A stretch of 64,000 nt of DNA from Candidatus Pacearchaeota archaeon (GTDB lineage: Archaea > Nanobdellota > Nanobdellia > Pacearchaeales > GW2011-AR1). Below the pieces are notes generated by a model that did not search any database, was not told the origin of the DNA, and was given only the letters and a program-made list of their open reading frames with translations. Every line of letters begins with the position of its first letter. Position 1 is the first letter of the stretch. The position numbers and the translations under genes were made by a program. This document shows, piece by piece, positions 44,475-52,964 of the stretch. The stretch covers positions 7,427 through 71,426 of the forward strand of contig JACPHA010000011.1 of NCBI GenBank assembly GCA_016188825.1, written 5' to 3'.

Positions 44475-45035
44475 ATGTTCTTTGGAAAAAAAAGAGATGA
44501 GAAGGGTCTTCCTGATTTGCCGATGCCGAAAACTCCTTTTGATAGGGATTTGAGCATGCAGAGAGAAGAAGTTAATTCTCTGCCTTCATTTCCTGATTCG
44601 CCGTCTCATAACAGGTTTTCGGAAGCAGCCATAAAAGATGCGGTGAATGCGGAAGAAGAGGTAGAAGATTCAGAGAATTGGAAGCAGGGAGCGGACGATA
44701 TGGAAAAGAAAGGAAAATTGGTAGAGGTTGATGACGCTGATGAGCGTGATTTGACAGAAACCATGGAAGAACCAAGGAGAGTGCCCAGCAGATATTCAAG
44801 GGGGACCGTTGGCGGAGAAGCAGATGTTTTTGTTAGAATTGATAAATTTCATTCTGCAAGAAGAGCTTTGCATGAGGTCAGGAGCAAATTGAGAGAGATT
44901 GACGAAACTATCAAGAGAATTAGGGATATTAGGATTAGAGAAGAACAGGAGCTTGCGGGATGGGAGAAAGATTTGGGCAATGTTAAGGCACGGATGAGGG
45001 ATGTTACAGAAAATATTTTTGAAAAAATAGCGTGA
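44475..45035 (+). CDS. hypothetical protein (acidic N-terminus, coiled-coil C-terminus)
   Basis: 186-aa ORF. No motif recognised. Confidence 0.45.
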   Translation: MFFGKKRDEKGLPDLPMPKTPFDRDLSMQREEVNSLPSFPDSPSHNRFSEAAIKDAVNAEEEVEDSENWKQGADDMEKKGKLVEVDDADERDLTETMEEPRRVPSRYSRGTVGGEADVFVRIDKFHSARRALHEVRSKLREIDETIKRIRDIRIREEQELAGWEKDLGNVKARMRDVTENIFEKIA

Positions 45036-45036
45036 A

Positions 45037-45393
45037 ATGACTTCAGAATATGTTAGAGTTTCTGCATCGGAAAAAGCTTTTGGGCATACCGGGCTTCTAA
45101 ACGGACAGCTTGAGCTGTTGGATATAATGAAGAAAGTCAGAAATTATCGGACAGTTAGGAATGAAGAGCTTATGCTTAAAATTGTTTTGAAGGCAAAGAT
45201 AGGAGAACTTCTCGAGGCTATTGAAAAACTTGAAAAAACACTTCCTGAGAGTTATTTTAAAGCTGAAGTGCCTAAGGCAAAAAAAGAGAGGATGAGCGCA
45301 GAGAATAGAAAGGAGCTTGAAGAACTTGGATTGCAAGGGGAAATAGACGAGATAAGGAGAAAGTTGGATAGATTGCAGAGTGGCAGATGGTAG
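45037..45393 (+). CDS. hypothetical coiled-coil protein
   Basis: 118-aa ORF starting 2 nt after the previous stop, so probably co-transcribed with it. Confidence 0.45.
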   Translation: MTSEYVRVSASEKAFGHTGLLNGQLELLDIMKKVRNYRTVRNEELMLKIVLKAKIGELLEAIEKLEKTLPESYFKAEVPKAKKERMSAENRKELEELGLQGEIDEIRRKLDRLQSGRW

Positions 45394-45538
45394 TTGTTTG
45401 CTTAATTTTTCTAAATTTGTTTTTATAGATAATTCGGATAATTGAATTATAAATTTGTTCCGAATTCTCTAATAGGACAATTCGCAGAAAAGTGATATAA
45501 TCAAACGAATTGTCCATAAAAATTATCTTTTGCGCCGT

Positions 45539-46213
45539 TTACTTGAAAATCTTTAATTTTAATAAACGAAACTTGACTCCTAAAAATATTAAGAGACTCA
45601 TATTTTTCATATTAGTTCCGGCAGTTTGCCAATCCTTAACAGACTCTGTTGGGTAGATAAGATTTAAAATGTTAAGAGCCAGATTATCTCTTATCATATA
45701 AAGAGTAAAAAGCTCTAGTGCTATTGCTAAAGTTGCCGTCAGCCAAGGAGGTAATTTACGGGCAAGAATAAATCCAAGGCCCATTGAAAACACATCAAAA
45801 ACTGAATTAATGATGCTGTCCCCATAATAATCAAGAGCAAAAGTAGCGGTTCTGTATCTGTTTATTATAAACGGAGAGTTTTCAAAAACTTCCCATGAAG
45901 TTTCTATCAAAAGAGCAAATAAAAATCTTGTTTTTACAGGCAAACGCTTGGCCACCGACCTTAATAAAAAATAATAAAACATGCCATGGATAATATGGGA
46001 AAAACTATACCAGTCAAACAAATGCTGCGAATTTCCAGGCCCATTTACATTATTATACCAAAACAGAACATAATTGCATTTGCATATGACAAGCCTTCCC
46101 ATTAAATACTCAATAAGTCCCATAGCTAGAATTATTAAAACTGCAACCAAAATTAAAACCCATAAATGGTTGTCGTAATATTTCTTTAAATTATCTACGC
46201 TCTTTTTTAGGTT
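45539..46213 (-). CDS. DUF2585/UPF0314-like membrane protein (start uncertain)
   Basis: The WYSFSHIIHGMFYYF pattern and several TM segments. The start was trimmed so the gene does not overlap alaS. Confidence 0.5.
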   Translation of the reverse strand, partial: NLKKSVDNLKKYYDNHLWVLILVAVLIILAMGLIEYLMGRLVICKCNYVLFWYNNVNGPGNSQHLFDWYSFSHIIHGMFYYFLLRSVAKRLPVKTRFLFALLIETSWEVFENSPFIINRYRTATFALDYYGDSIINSVFDVFSMGLGFILARKLPPWLTATLAIALELFTLYMIRDNLALNILNLIYPTESVKDWQTAGTNMKNMSLLIFLGVKFRLLKLKIFK

Positions 46214-46353
46214 CATGAGTAACACAATATTCATTGATTTATATATTTTTAATACCGGTGATTTGATACATGTATCCCCGAGGCGCATGTCTATGCGCAA
46301 CATAACCGAATATTCTGGGGAATCTTTATATATCATTTTAGTTTTGTTTATGA

Positions 46354-48501
46354 ATGAGAATAAAGACGAGAGAGGAGCTGGTAAAAGCATATATTGAATT
46401 TTTCAAGGAAAAGGGGCATAAGGAAGTTCCTTCAGCATCGCTGATTCCTGAAAATGACCCGACTGTTTTGTTCACAACTGCGGGGATGCAACCGCTTTCT
46501 CCTTATCTAATTGGGGAAAAACATCCGCTTGGTGAAAAACTGGTTAGTGTGCAGAAGTGCATCAGGACACAAGATATTGACGAGGTTGGAGACGAATTCC
46601 ATCATACTTTTTTTGAAATGCTTGGAAATTGGTCTTTTGGAGATTATTTTAAGAAGGAAGCCATTGAATATAGTTTTGAATTTTTGACTCGCGTCTTGAA
46701 AATTCCATTTGAGAAGATTGCAGTCAGTGTTTTTTCAGGAGACAAAGACTCCCAGCAAGATATTGATTCTGCTTTGATTTGGAAATCTCTTGGAATTTCT
46801 GAAAAGAGAATTGCTTATTTGCCAAAGAAAAATAATTGGTGGGGGCCTGTTGGCAAGACAGGGGTGTGCGGGCCCGACACAGAAATGTTTTATTGGAGCG
46901 GAGAGGGGAAGGTGCCAGAGAAATTTGACCATGAAGACAAGAGATGGGTTGAAATTTGGAATGATGTTTTTATGCACTATAACAAAACTCAGATAAAACT
47001 AATCTTGGTAGATGCGATAAATTGTTTAATTGATAAGGAAAATGGACTTAATAGAGAATTAGCTGAAATTTTAAAAAATAAAAATAAAAAAATAATAGTT
47101 GTGACAAATGCCGACATTAAAGAGATAAAGTCAAAATTAAATGGTTATGATTTTGAAGTATTTAGTTTAATGAAAAATCCTGACAAATCTAACCCTGATT
47201 ATTTTAGAGAATTTTTGAAAAGATATAATTTAAAGAAAGAAGAGATTATTTATTTTGATCACAAAGAAGAAAATGTTAAATCTGCAAAGCAAGTTGGGAT
47301 AGTTTCTGAAATTTATAAGAACAATAAACAAATTAAAGATTTTATAGAAAAGAATTCATACAGATATGAAACATTGAAACAAAAAAACGTTGATACTGGA
47401 ATGGGTGTTGAGAGAACCATAGCAGTGCTAAATGGTTTCGGTGATAATTACTTGACAACAATATTTGAGCCGATAATCAGAGAGTTAACAATAATTTCCG
47501 GGAAGAGATATGAGGCAGAGAATAAAAAAGCGATGAGAATAATTGCAGACCATTTGCGGGCGGCCACGTTTATTCTTGGAGATGAGAGAGGAGTGAAACC
47601 GAGCAATGTTGAGCAAGGATATGTTTTGAGAAGGCTGGTAAGAAGAGCAATAAGATATGCTAGAATTTTGGGCATAAAAGAAAAATTCACAAAAAATGTT
47701 GCAGAGGTTGTGATTTTGTTATATGATGATTATCCTGAATTGAAAAAAAACAAGGAGTTTATTTTGAGCGAGTTGGGAAGAGAAGAAGGAAGGTTTATGA
47801 TGACAATTGTCAAAGGATTGAAAAAATTTGAAGAGATAATTGGAAATTCACATAAGATAATTTCAGGAAAGGACGCGTTTTTGCTTTTTCAGAGCTATGG
47901 GTTTCCGATTGAGATGACAGTTGAGCTGGCTCGAGAGAAAAAATTTGAGGTTGATGTTGTTAGTTACGACGAGGAATACAAGAAACATCAGGAGCTGAGC
48001 AGAACATTGTCTGCCGGAGTTTTTAAATCAGGGTTGGCCGATGATTCTGAAAAAACAACAAGATTGCATACAGTGACACATCTGCTAAATGAGGCTTTAA
48101 AAGTTGTTCTCAATGATAGAAATATAAAGCAGAGGGGCTCGAACATAACGCCGGAAAGATTGAGGTTTGATTTTAATTTTAATAGGAAATTGACAAAAGA
48201 GGAGCTGGAAGAAATTGAGAAGCTTGTGAATAAAAAAATAAAAGAAGGGCTGAACGTTGTTAGAAAGGAAATGCCTTTGAAAGAAGCTATTAAATTTGGC
48301 GCGCAATCAGAGTTTGGCGCAAAATATCCTGATGTTGTTTCTGTTTATATTATAAAAGATTCCAAAGATCATAGAGGATGGTTCAGTTGTGAGATTTGTA
48401 CTGGACCGCATGTTAAAAATACAAATGAAATAGGAAATTTTAGAATAATCAAAGAAGAAAGCGTTGCTGCGGGAATAAGGAGGATAAAGGCGGTGGTTTA
48501 A
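46354..48501 (+). CDS. alaS: alanyl-tRNA synthetase with an inserted HAD-like domain and no C-Ala domain
   Basis: FTTAGMQP, HHTFFEMLGNWSFGDYFK, WNDVFMHYN ... VDTGMGVER, editing-domain HTVTHLL and CTGPHV. 715 aa. Confidence 0.9.
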   Translation: MRIKTREELVKAYIEFFKEKGHKEVPSASLIPENDPTVLFTTAGMQPLSPYLIGEKHPLGEKLVSVQKCIRTQDIDEVGDEFHHTFFEMLGNWSFGDYFKKEAIEYSFEFLTRVLKIPFEKIAVSVFSGDKDSQQDIDSALIWKSLGISEKRIAYLPKKNNWWGPVGKTGVCGPDTEMFYWSGEGKVPEKFDHEDKRWVEIWNDVFMHYNKTQIKLILVDAINCLIDKENGLNRELAEILKNKNKKIIVVTNADIKEIKSKLNGYDFEVFSLMKNPDKSNPDYFREFLKRYNLKKEEIIYFDHKEENVKSAKQVGIVSEIYKNNKQIKDFIEKNSYRYETLKQKNVDTGMGVERTIAVLNGFGDNYLTTIFEPIIRELTIISGKRYEAENKKAMRIIADHLRAATFILGDERGVKPSNVEQGYVLRRLVRRAIRYARILGIKEKFTKNVAEVVILLYDDYPELKKNKEFILSELGREEGRFMMTIVKGLKKFEEIIGNSHKIISGKDAFLLFQSYGFPIEMTVELAREKKFEVDVVSYDEEYKKHQELSRTLSAGVFKSGLADDSEKTTRLHTVTHLLNEALKVVLNDRNIKQRGSNITPERLRFDFNFNRKLTKEELEEIEKLVNKKIKEGLNVVRKEMPLKEAIKFGAQSEFGAKYPDVVSVYIIKDSKDHRGWFSCEICTGPHVKNTNEIGNFRIIKEESVAAGIRRIKAVV

Positions 48502-48553
48502 TAAGGAAAGATTAATGTTGATGGCTATAGCTTATAACTTCTGGAGAATTCAA

Positions 48554-48898
48554 TTATTCCAAACCCAAGCTAATTTTCATTGCCAAATCAACCTTTTCCA
48601 TGATCTCGATGCCCAAAGAAGAAATCTTTTTTCTTATCCTTAATTTATCAATTGTTTTTATTTGATTTAACAAAATAGTAGAATTTCTATCCAAATTTGA
48701 ATCTGTCTTAAATAAAAAAACATTCGTTGGATATTCTTTTTTATAAAATTTAGATGTTATTGGGGCGACAATTGTCGTTGGAGAATACTTATTATAAATA
48801 TTATTCTGTACAACTAGTGCAGGTCTAATTCCCCCTTGTTCGCTATCTTTAACTGGCTCAAAATCGACAAGAACAATATCTCCTCTTTTAATCTCCAT
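48554..48898 (-). CDS. MazF/PemK-family toxin
   Basis: IKRGDIVLVDFEPVKDSEQGGIRPALVVQNN...TIVAPITS. ATG 48898 overlaps the antitoxin end by 11 nt. Confidence 0.85.
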   Translation of the reverse strand: MEIKRGDIVLVDFEPVKDSEQGGIRPALVVQNNIYNKYSPTTIVAPITSKFYKKEYPTNVFLFKTDSNLDRNSTILLNQIKTIDKLRIRKKISSLGIEIMEKVDLAMKISLGLE

Positions 48899-49091
48899 CT
48901 TTCCATTCCCAGTCAAAATCTTCGTCAATAGCTTGAAACTCCTTTGTTATCTTTAAACTTTCTTCTGCTGTCTCTTTAGCCCCTTCTATCATTAAATCAA
49001 TATGTCTTCTTTTTTGCTCTTCAACCTGCTTCATAATTTTTACAATAATATCTTCATAAGTTTCTTTGCTAGTTTCTTTCATTCTATCCAA
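48888..49091 (-). CDS. antitoxin partner of MazF (N-terminus possibly longer)
   Basis: 67-aa ORF with a TTG start. The upstream in-frame codons read TIYIQLNKNVKKSL (an RHH-like strand) but have no canonical start. Confidence 0.5.
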   Translation of the reverse strand: MDRMKETSKETYEDIIVKIMKQVEEQKRRHIDLMIEGAKETAEESLKITKEFQAIDEDFDWEWKDGD

Positions 49092-49137
49092 GGATTTTTT
49101 TACATTTTTATTAAGCTGAATGTAAATTGTTGGATGA

Positions 49138-49530
49138 CTAAGAATTCAACCTCACAACACCATTTTCTTTTTTTATTAAGTTTGTTCCTTTAATAATGTC
49201 GCCGGTGATGTTTTGGACAGGATAGGCTGCCGCGTACTCATTGTTTAAAGTACGGATGTAAATTAAATTTTGGGTTATGTTGACTTCGTATTGCATGCCG
49301 GAAATTCTTTCAGGCACAAAAAACTGGCGTTGATAGCCATCGGTTGCTTTTGATGCAAGATCGATTTCGTTTTTTATATCATTTGCTGTTTTTTGAAATG
49401 CGTAATTTCTTTTCTGGATTGTTTTATCTGCAATGTCCTGCTGGAAGACAAAAAGAATGGTTAAGAAAAAAAACAAAACGCCGCCGATTAAAATCATGAA
49501 CTCAATTGCTGATTGGGATTTTTTTTTCAT
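49138..49530 (-). CDS. type IV pilin-like protein (class III signal peptide)
   Basis: MKKKSQSAIEFMILIGGVLFFFL: a basic stretch, then the QSAIEF processing-site pattern, then a hydrophobic helix. Confidence 0.7.
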   Translation of the reverse strand: MKKKSQSAIEFMILIGGVLFFFLTILFVFQQDIADKTIQKRNYAFQKTANDIKNEIDLASKATDGYQRQFFVPERISGMQYEVNITQNLIYIRTLNNEYAAAYPVQNITGDIIKGTNLIKKENGVVRLNS

Positions 49531-49535
49531 GTTGA

Positions 49536-49958
49536 TTAAACCAGTGTTAATTCTACGCGTTCAGGATTAGATTTTATTTCAAGCTTTATTTTTTTTACTC
49601 CGGGAGTTGGAGTAATCGTGCCTTGAATCGGAACATTGCTAGAATAAGCAATTACAGATGTTCCAGAACTTGTTGAGACGTTAAATATTATGTCTTTGTT
49701 TTGTATCGTGACTGCTTGAACTCCTTCAGGAAGATAAGCAGAGATTGTTGTCCTTGAGGGTTCTCCAGAATAGTAGATTCTTTCTGCAGAAGAAGTTATT
49801 TTTTTTGCAAATTGCTCGAGCTGGGAGAATTTTATTGAATCTTTTATTTCTGCTGAATAAAATAGTGCAATGCCTAAAATAGACAGAGCTACAAAAGTTA
49901 CGAAAGAAATTACGATCAAGTATTCTACACTGATTTGACCTCTTTTTTTATCAAGCAT
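49536..49958 (-). CDS. type IV pilin-like protein (class III signal peptide)
   Basis: MLDKKRGQISVEYLIVISFVTFVAL is a class III signal peptide pattern. Confidence 0.7.
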   Translation of the reverse strand: MLDKKRGQISVEYLIVISFVTFVALSILGIALFYSAEIKDSIKFSQLEQFAKKITSSAERIYYSGEPSRTTISAYLPEGVQAVTIQNKDIIFNVSTSSGTSVIAYSSNVPIQGTITPTPGVKKIKLEIKSNPERVELTLV

Positions 49959-50050
49959 TTTGACTATTTTTTAGGATTAATATTAGGAAATTTATAAGAT
50001 ATATAAATATTGACAAAAGGAGAGCTAATTCTATTATCTATTTTATTATC

Positions 50051-50148
50051 GAATTATAGCAGATGACAAAATATTTTGAGCAGTTTTTTGTTCATCCGAT
50101 TGATAGTCAAGACATAAATTGCTCAATTAATAATGTCATTGACTATAG
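50051..50148 (+). repeat. palindromic MITE-like repeat, family B copy B3
   Basis: GAATTATAGCAGATGACAAAATATTTTGAGCAG...GATAGTCAAGACA-19 nt-TGTCATTGACTATAG. Aligns with 17604-17700. Confidence 0.7.
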
Positions 50149-50340
50149 TAATAATTATTATAGATTTTATTAATAATCAAATATTTTTATTTTTCCATTA
50201 TTAAATTTTTAGATGCAGAGAATTCTTTCAGAATTTCTGTCTAGTCAATTCTTAAAATACTGCCTCTAAAAAAAGAATTGCCCACAGTTAAGATTTTAAA
50301 GGGAAATTGATTTATAAAGACAGGAATATAATTCAGTAAG

Positions 50341-50910
50341 ATGGATGATTTTAATAATGTAAATAGGATAAGAAATAGGGTGAAAGTTTTGTGGGGATTT
50401 TTGTTTTTTATTTTAGCTCTGTCTATTTTACATTCTGCTTGGCACATATATTATTTTGATGCCTCTGTTTCTGATATTTTTGGAAAGGGAATTTCCGGAC
50501 TTTTGATTGGGAAAGCAGATGTTGGAGAGGAAATTAAAAATTTTGTATATGGAGAATCAGTGTCGAAAATTTTTGTTTTGGCGGAATGGATTTTGATATT
50601 TTTAGCGATTTTGTTATTGTATATAGAGAGGAAAATGGGCCACAAGAAGGAGCTTTTTGTTATAGGAAATGATTTAAGGAACAACATAAGGAGATCTGGG
50701 ACTGCGACTGATTTAGATGTTTTGTATGATTTGCTTAAAGAAAGAAAACGCTTGAGCATTTCTGCGATTGCCAGAGCGTTTAATGTCAGTAGAGATTTGG
50801 TTATGGAATGGGGAAAGATATTTCAATCTAAGGAGATTGCAGAGATAGAATATCCGTTGTTTGGACAGCCAGAAATTGTTTTTAATGAAAAAGATTATAA
50901 AAAGAAATAA
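50341..50910 (+). CDS. membrane protein with a C-terminal wHTH-like domain
   Basis: 189 aa with two TM segments, then LDVLYDLLKERKRLSISAIARAFNVSRDLVMEW. Confidence 0.5.
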   Translation: MDDFNNVNRIRNRVKVLWGFLFFILALSILHSAWHIYYFDASVSDIFGKGISGLLIGKADVGEEIKNFVYGESVSKIFVLAEWILIFLAILLLYIERKMGHKKELFVIGNDLRNNIRRSGTATDLDVLYDLLKERKRLSISAIARAFNVSRDLVMEWGKIFQSKEIAEIEYPLFGQPEIVFNEKDYKKK

Positions 50911-50923
50911 AAGTAAATAGAAC

Positions 50924-52963
50924 ATGAAAAAAAGAGGTAAAGCAGAGCATAAAGAAGAGAAAAAAGCAAAACCCGAAAAAAGAATCGAAGACAGAAAGTT
51001 AAGAGCGGAAACAAAGAAAATTTTGCAGAAATTAACTTTTGATTTTGGAAAAGCCGATAAGGAATTTTTTCAAGATAAAACTACTGTGAAAGAGGAAGAA
51101 GAAAAAACACCGACGCCGGAATTAAAAAATGAGACAGAGAGCAAGGCTGAAGAAGGCATGCAGGAACAAGCGGCGCAGATTGAGCCAAAGGATCTCGAAA
51201 GAAAACAAATAAATGAGGGTTATTCAAAGTTCCCGATTAAAAAAGAAGAACCAGAGTTAATTAATAGGATTGTTGGAAAAACTGAAGGGGAAAAAGCTGA
51301 AAAATTTGAAGAATTAGAAGAAGGAGAAAAGGGAGAAGGAATTTTTGAGGAGGAAGGTGAAGAGGATAATTTTGAAACTGAGAGAGCTGAAATAGAGAGG
51401 AAACTTGAGGCAGTTAAGAAAGGAGAAAAAGAGACTAAAGTTATAGAGCTGAGACATCCTGCCTACAAAGGAAAGGCCAAGGTTCTGGAGGTTTATGAAA
51501 TTGACGTTGATGGAGCGAAAGTAAAGGTTGAGATAACAAAAGACCAGATGGGCACCAATTATAATCTGCATATACCAAGAGTAAGCCCCGCCACGGCGGC
51601 GCTGCTCGAAGAAATTAGGAATGAGCTCATAAGTGCGACGACGATAAGCATGAAAGAGCTTGTTGATCCGGATTCTTTTTCTTTTTTGAAGAAGAGGTTT
51701 ATTGAAGATGCGAGAAAAGTTTTGAAAGAGAAGCTTCCTAATTTAGAGAGAGTCCCTGAAAATTTTCTTGTTGGAATCTTAATACAGGAAATGCTTGGCT
51801 TGGGAAAAATAGAATTTTTGATAGAGGACCCGAATCTTGAAGAGATTGTAATTCCGTCGGCGAAAGAATACATAAGAGTTTACAGCAAAAAATATGGCTG
51901 GCTTTTAACAAATGTAAAAGTGGAAAGGGAGGAGGAGATAGTTAATTATTCTAATATAATAGCGAGGAGAGTTGGGAGGCAGATAACTGTTTTGAATCCT
52001 TTGCTTGATGCGCATTTGGTTACAGGAGACAGGATTAACGCAGTTTTGTATCCGATAGATACCAAAGGAAACACGATAACAGTCAGAAAATTTGCGAGAG
52101 ATCCCTTTACGATAATTGATTTTATTAATAACAATACTTGCAACCCGGAAATTTCTGCGCTGCTTTGGCTTGCGATAGAGTTTGAGATGAATATACTGAT
52201 TTCCGGCGGAACAGGTTCTGGAAAAACTTCTTTTTTAAATGCGTGCCTTCCGTTTATACCGCCGAACCACAGAATTATCAGTATTGAAGATACGAGGGAG
52301 CTTGTGCTGCCTGAATTTTTGTACTGGACTCCTCTTGTAACAAGAACTGCAAACCCTGAAGGAAAGGGAGAAGTCAGCATGCTTGATTTGCTTATTAATT
52401 CATTAAGAATGAGGCCTGATAGAATTGTCCTCGGGGAAATGAGAAGGCAACAGGAAGCAATGGTTTTGTTTGAGGCAATGCATACAGGACATTCTGTTTA
52501 TGCCACTGTGCACGCAGATACCGCTGCTGAAACTATTTCAAGACTTGTTAATCCTCCACTGAATGTTCCTCCGAATTTATTGAGGGCGGTTAATTTGAAT
52601 GTTGTTATGTTCAGAGACAGGAGGAGGGGCATAAGGAGAGTATTACAGATTGCAGAGCTAGAGGCATCAAAGGGAGGAGCGCAGGCAAATATTTTATATA
52701 GGTGGAGTCCAGAGTTGGATAAGATAATCAAGCACAGCGAGAGCTTCAGATTTTTTGAAGATGTTAGCAGGCACACGGGAATGTCACAGGCAGAGATTAA
52801 AAAGGACATAGAAGAAAAAATAAAAATTTTGTCCTGGCTTGTTGCTCACAGTGTCAGAGACATGGAATCGTTCGGCAATGTGATGAATTTGTATTATAAG
52901 AATAAAGAATTTCTTTTGCGCGCAATAAATAGAGGAAACAAGAGCGCAATTCTTGGGAAATAA
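50924..52963 (+). CDS. type II/IV secretion-family ATPase (FlaI/PilB/TadA-like) with an N-terminal Glu/Lys-rich extension of about 200 aa
   Basis: Walker A ISGGTGSGKTSFLN, IISIEDTREL, RMRPDRIVLGEMR, TGHSVYATVHA. Confidence 0.9.
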   Translation: MKKRGKAEHKEEKKAKPEKRIEDRKLRAETKKILQKLTFDFGKADKEFFQDKTTVKEEEEKTPTPELKNETESKAEEGMQEQAAQIEPKDLERKQINEGYSKFPIKKEEPELINRIVGKTEGEKAEKFEELEEGEKGEGIFEEEGEEDNFETERAEIERKLEAVKKGEKETKVIELRHPAYKGKAKVLEVYEIDVDGAKVKVEITKDQMGTNYNLHIPRVSPATAALLEEIRNELISATTISMKELVDPDSFSFLKKRFIEDARKVLKEKLPNLERVPENFLVGILIQEMLGLGKIEFLIEDPNLEEIVIPSAKEYIRVYSKKYGWLLTNVKVEREEEIVNYSNIIARRVGRQITVLNPLLDAHLVTGDRINAVLYPIDTKGNTITVRKFARDPFTIIDFINNNTCNPEISALLWLAIEFEMNILISGGTGSGKTSFLNACLPFIPPNHRIISIEDTRELVLPEFLYWTPLVTRTANPEGKGEVSMLDLLINSLRMRPDRIVLGEMRRQQEAMVLFEAMHTGHSVYATVHADTAAETISRLVNPPLNVPPNLLRAVNLNVVMFRDRRRGIRRVLQIAELEASKGGAQANILYRWSPELDKIIKHSESFRFFEDVSRHTGMSQAEIKKDIEEKIKILSWLVAHSVRDMESFGNVMNLYYKNKEFLLRAINRGNKSAILGK

Positions 52964-52964
52964 A

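Noticed and set aside
46990-47358. Whether the AlaRS insert is an intein
   Set aside because: There is no Cys/Ser/Thr at the N-terminal junction, and no His-Asn followed by Cys/Ser/Thr at the C-terminal junction. At ~120 aa it is shorter than known mini-inteins, and its motifs resemble a HAD fold instead.
10611-50148. Whether the family B palindromes are origin recognition boxes or a replication origin
   Set aside because: The copies are dispersed over 40 kb rather than clustered around one AT-rich unwinding element. No orc1/cdc6 gene is adjacent. The nested and deleted forms fit mobile repeats better.
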